The notes under the pieces are model-generated. The model was not told the DNA's origin and made no database searches. It saw only the letters and a program-made list of their open reading frames with translations. A stretch of 45,058 nucleotides of DNA from an uncultured Bdellovibrionales bacterium. Lineage in GTDB: Bacteria; Patescibacteriota; Minisyncoccia; Moranbacterales; UBA2206. Made by a program: the position numbers and the translations under genes. Numbering within the stretch: the first letter of the stretch is position 1; every line of letters starts with the position of its first letter. Positions 43,701 to 45,058 of the stretch are shown one piece after another. Location: NCBI GenBank assembly GCA_964630615.1, contig CAZVVG010000002.1, positions 2,059 to 47,116 of the forward strand. Direction: 5' to 3'.

Positions 43701-44150
43701 TATGCTGGCACGGGATTAATTAGCGGGCAAATCTTAACTGAAGATATTAGGAACAATAACGGTTTTGAATTCTCCTTGGCCATGACTGGCTTAAGGCCTG
43801 GAAAGAAATCGGCAGAAACTGTCGCCTATATCGTAGCCGTGGAAGACGAAACCGACGAAGGCGATCCGTCAATCTACCTTGAAGACATCGCGGTTTTGCC
43901 GGAAGCGCAAAGACAGGGAATCGGCTGGGAAATGATGAAAGAGTTGATTAATAAATTGAAAGCCAAAGCGCAAAGAGAAAACAAGCCGGTCTTACTGGAT
44001 ATGCATTTGCGGGAAACCTCCCAGAATTTTATGGCCAGACACAAAGAAGACCTAGAAAGATTGGGAGTAAAATTAATTGAAGAAGCCCTGGTAGCCGATT
44101 ACTATGAAGAAGGCGAAGATTCACTTTATCAGGTTTACGAAGTGAGATAA
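40707..44150 (+). CDS. 1147-aa multidomain protein: 10 tandem 34/39-aa repeats, a coiled-coil region, a Cys-containing alpha/beta domain, and a C-terminal GNAT N-acetyltransferase
   Basis: No signal peptide or TM segment. The repeats span about aa 38-393. The region aa 400-780 is a heptad-rich helical region. Residues about 786-945 (YSPCCICID...ALVVDNIE...LFDYIKEYAQKIGADKVVLG) look GNAT-fold-like but lack a CoA P-loop. Residues about 972-1147 form a clear GNAT domain (IYLEDIAVLPEAQRQGIGWEMMKELI). Confidence 0.9.
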   Translation: MTEQFKKFDFSKPEDQKEFNALEAQKKAEVRKGAEEEAAKEGMLKRLSEGSIYSSIRIKDEFKLPEDFVQSAEVQSAAKEGMQKCLSRGYSDYAIRIKDEFKLPEDFVQSAVKEGMQKCLSRGYLSDAIRIKDEFRLPEDFVQLTEVLSAAKEGMQKLLSQGHSDYAIEIKDHFKLPEDFVQSAEVQSAAKEGMLKCFSRGYLSDAIKIKNHFKLPEDFVQSTEVQSAAKEEMLERLSKGYISDAIEIKDHFKLPEDFVKPAAEEGMLKRLSEGYLSDAIQIKDHFKLPEDFFQSVVKEEILKRLSRGDIGSAIRIKDEFKPPEDFVQSAEVQSTAKEVMQKCLSRGDIDYFIKIKDHFKLPEDFVQSSAKEGMLDRLSQGSINSAIEIKDRFNINIPQSILFQELPKLQELVNEIENLAPGFNFQVQKSSDLAIELCRFLNDPDQMIDNVRENPFLIDALTRNSRFSARLLVKYQEFDTLSQENIKKLYSAKEKILAAHLEIDPESLEFRQLIQEELREYKNNPEIVEEIKEQEINLEEWLNYSETSYFNLSTGGSEVAFSEKIHTPIERIKETIDSYAYTLKSVLKEYRPEMEKFEIILEDAKSIADQIAKMEAALNQARTEGNEKKAQGIERGLASQKEKLNNLKKGFLWDKLMGEIAAFQRLKNDCFDAQNRLLEAENKLDEALSGKTPSGKMIQDIKQKITQSKEELRNKFSDLEKRIEDFKTELPGLISPCLSAIRTEALLQEINQKMAEQFNHFDTDRTDLANLFSERGDKETAQLESRPMSIFVWARNPDIDLYQGNYSPCCICIDSAHMGAESTIADYNTDLGVQIVNIWDETKNEPVTAAWCWLGENEKGETALVVDNIESNTLYSLNFSEQLTKELFDYIKEYAQKIGADKVVLGKDNNDLPTGSELARMPEDGNSYEKIGGSNRADGYFLEAEGRSVKSVWERTKKRTEKKPKTEKRIKKIVFNNLTTTIIKENNLSQILQAERKIYAGTGLISGQILTEDIRNNNGFEFSLAMTGLRPGKKSAETVAYIVAVEDETDEGDPSIYLEDIAVLPEAQRQGIGWEMMKELINKLKAKAQRENKPVLLDMHLRETSQNFMARHKEDLERLGVKLIEEALVADYYEEGEDSLYQVYEVR
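40818..41885 (+). repeat. Intragenic tandem repeat, 10 units of 102 or 117 nt
   Basis: Units begin at aa 38, 77, 111, 150, 189, 228, 262, 296, 335 and 369. The consensus is AAKEGMLKRLSxGxxxxAIxIKDxFKLPEDFVQS(AEVQS). Long stretches are identical at nucleotide level between units. Confidence 0.95.
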
Positions 44151-44218
44151 TCAAATACGTCCCAGAAAATTCCAAGGAGAAAGTAAAAGTCTTTAGGAAA
44201 AATAGAAATCTTTAGAAA

Positions 44219-44244
44219 GCAAGGACAAAACCTCCTTGCTTTTT
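44219..44244 (+). terminator. Rho-independent terminator of the giant gene
   Basis: gcaagga caaaacc tccttgc followed by ttttt. Confidence 0.7.
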
Positions 44245-44262
44245 CTCTTTCCAAAACCCCCC

Positions 44263-44291
44263 GGTTCCAACCGATGAACGTCAGGTACTCC
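44263..44291 (+). repeat. Extra copy of the GGTTCCAACCGATGAA...AGGT motif
   Basis: The first 16 nt are identical to 44401-44416 and then diverge. A shorter GGTTCCAA lies at 44349-44356. Confidence 0.7.
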
Positions 44292-44400
44292 TTAGCGGAT
44301 TTTTGAAAAATTAAAGGTGTTTCAGGTTTCAAACAAAACTAAAAAGCTGGTTCCAATACCTGTCTCAACTTGTCCCATTTCTTCAATTCTGACACGATTT

Positions 44401-44510
44401 GGTTCCAACCGATGAAGCCGAGGTCCACTTGACATATTCCTTGACAAACCCCTTGACATATTCACCTCATCTTACTTGAGAAATTCCTTGACCTATCTCT
44501 TGACAAACCC
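44401..44510 (+). repeat. Module C: GGTTCCAACC motif, AGGTCCAC (identical to the tRNA-Ala 3' acceptor end), then 12-mer array C (6 units with one 11-nt spacer)
   Basis: The units are cttgacatattc, cttgacaaaccc, cttgacatattc, [acctcatctta], cttgagaaattc, cttgacctatct, cttgacaaaccc. Confidence 0.85.
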
Positions 44511-44539
44511 CAGAACTCCAACCGAGTTCTGTTTTTTTT
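44511..44539 (+). terminator. Hairpin plus T-run (cagaact ccaaccg agttctg TTTTTTTT) closing module C
   Basis: Same stem as 40535-40555 and 8 T. Confidence 0.6.
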
Positions 44540-44597
44540 ATTCTCCGCTTACCAACATCTTTTAACTATCAGATATTTATGATATATTTACCTCAGA

Positions 44598-45058
44598 ATG
44601 CCAATCAAAATCGTCGACAAAAAACGCTTCTGTCTTTTTATCTCCCTGGTTATCAGCTTGGTAGTTTTTTTGGTCTTCGGAGTGTATTGGTTCTATGAAA
44701 ACTCCAAACTCAAACCTCTCAATTCCCAGGCAACTACCAGTGAGTTCTTAAACTCCCTCCAAGTTTCCAAAGAAAGCTACTTCCAGAAAGAACCCCTTAC
44801 CACCAAAGAACTCAAGCTTCTTAAAGAAAAACAACCGGAGCTCTTTTCTTCTTCCTCCCAAAGAAGAAGCGAAGCGATCATTAAAGAACACCAGACCCTC
44901 CTTGAATCCATCTCTAAGAATAAACTCGGTCTTCCTAAGGACCAAAACCAGCTCAAAGCCCTAAGTTTCCTCAAGAAACTCTCCCTTAATCCGTATCCCT
45001 TCCCATCTTCCAAAAACTCCCAATCTCTCTTAAACAAGCTCAAAGCCCAAAACTCCCT
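44598..45058 (+). CDS. Hypothetical membrane-anchored protein, 3'-truncated by the window edge (not in the supplied ORF track)
   Basis: Manual translation from ATG 44598 is open to the end of the window: MPIKIVDKKRFCLFISLVISLVVFLVFGVYWFYENSKLKPLNSQ... It has an N-terminal TM anchor. Codon choice is C-ending (ctc, tcc, ccc), unlike the core genes. Confidence 0.5.
   Translation, partial: MPIKIVDKKRFCLFISLVISLVVFLVFGVYWFYENSKLKPLNSQATTSEFLNSLQVSKESYFQKEPLTTKELKLLKEKQPELFSSSSQRRSEAIIKEHQTLLESISKNKLGLPKDQNQLKALSFLKKLSLNPYPFPSSKNSQSLLNKLKAQNS

Noticed and set aside
44135-44332. 65-aa minus-strand ORF downstream of the giant gene
   Set aside because: It overlaps the giant gene stop, its terminator hairpin and a GGTTCCAACC repeat copy. 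There is no start context.

Overview
AT-rich, gene-dense window, almost entirely plus-strand. It reads like a small-genome Patescibacteria/CPR-type bacterium using the standard code (TGA is used as a stop); the taxonomic placement is inference only. About 38 kb is core housekeeping. In order: ftsZ 3' end; lexA-rmuC; an anaerobic ribonucleotide reductase operon (nrdR-nrdD-small ORF-nrdG-DUF167); a split comEC; ndk; tsaC; a minus-strand rpmB missing from the ORF track; an M50 protease; the str operon (rpsL-rpsG-fusA-small ORF-tuf); a long S10/spc-type ribosomal protein cluster (rpsJ to rplO, then secY-adk-map) with no rpmD (L30) between rpsE and rplO; ruvX; GT2-galT; tpiA-fba-gap; a D-aminoacylase-like gene coupled to murD; and tRNA-Ala(UGC). 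From the tRNA to the window end (about 38.3-45.1 kb) the character changes to accessory. It holds a multi-pass membrane protein, a minus-strand nucleotidyltransferase, a 1147-aa cytoplasmic protein (ten 34/39-aa tandem repeats, a coiled-coil region and a C-terminal GNAT domain), and a partial membrane-anchored ORF. Three arrays of a 12-nt CTTGACAnAnnC repeat punctuate this region: one abuts the tRNA 3' end and the other two bracket the giant gene together with near-identical hairpin terminators. The most interesting candidates are (1) a free-standing near-identical copy of the NrdD glycyl-radical C-terminus between nrdD and nrdG, possibly a GrcA-like spare part for class III RNR; (2) the giant repeat-GNAT protein; and (3) the tRNA-linked 12-mer repeat modules around it. 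No CRISPR array, rRNA, transposase or integrase gene was seen.
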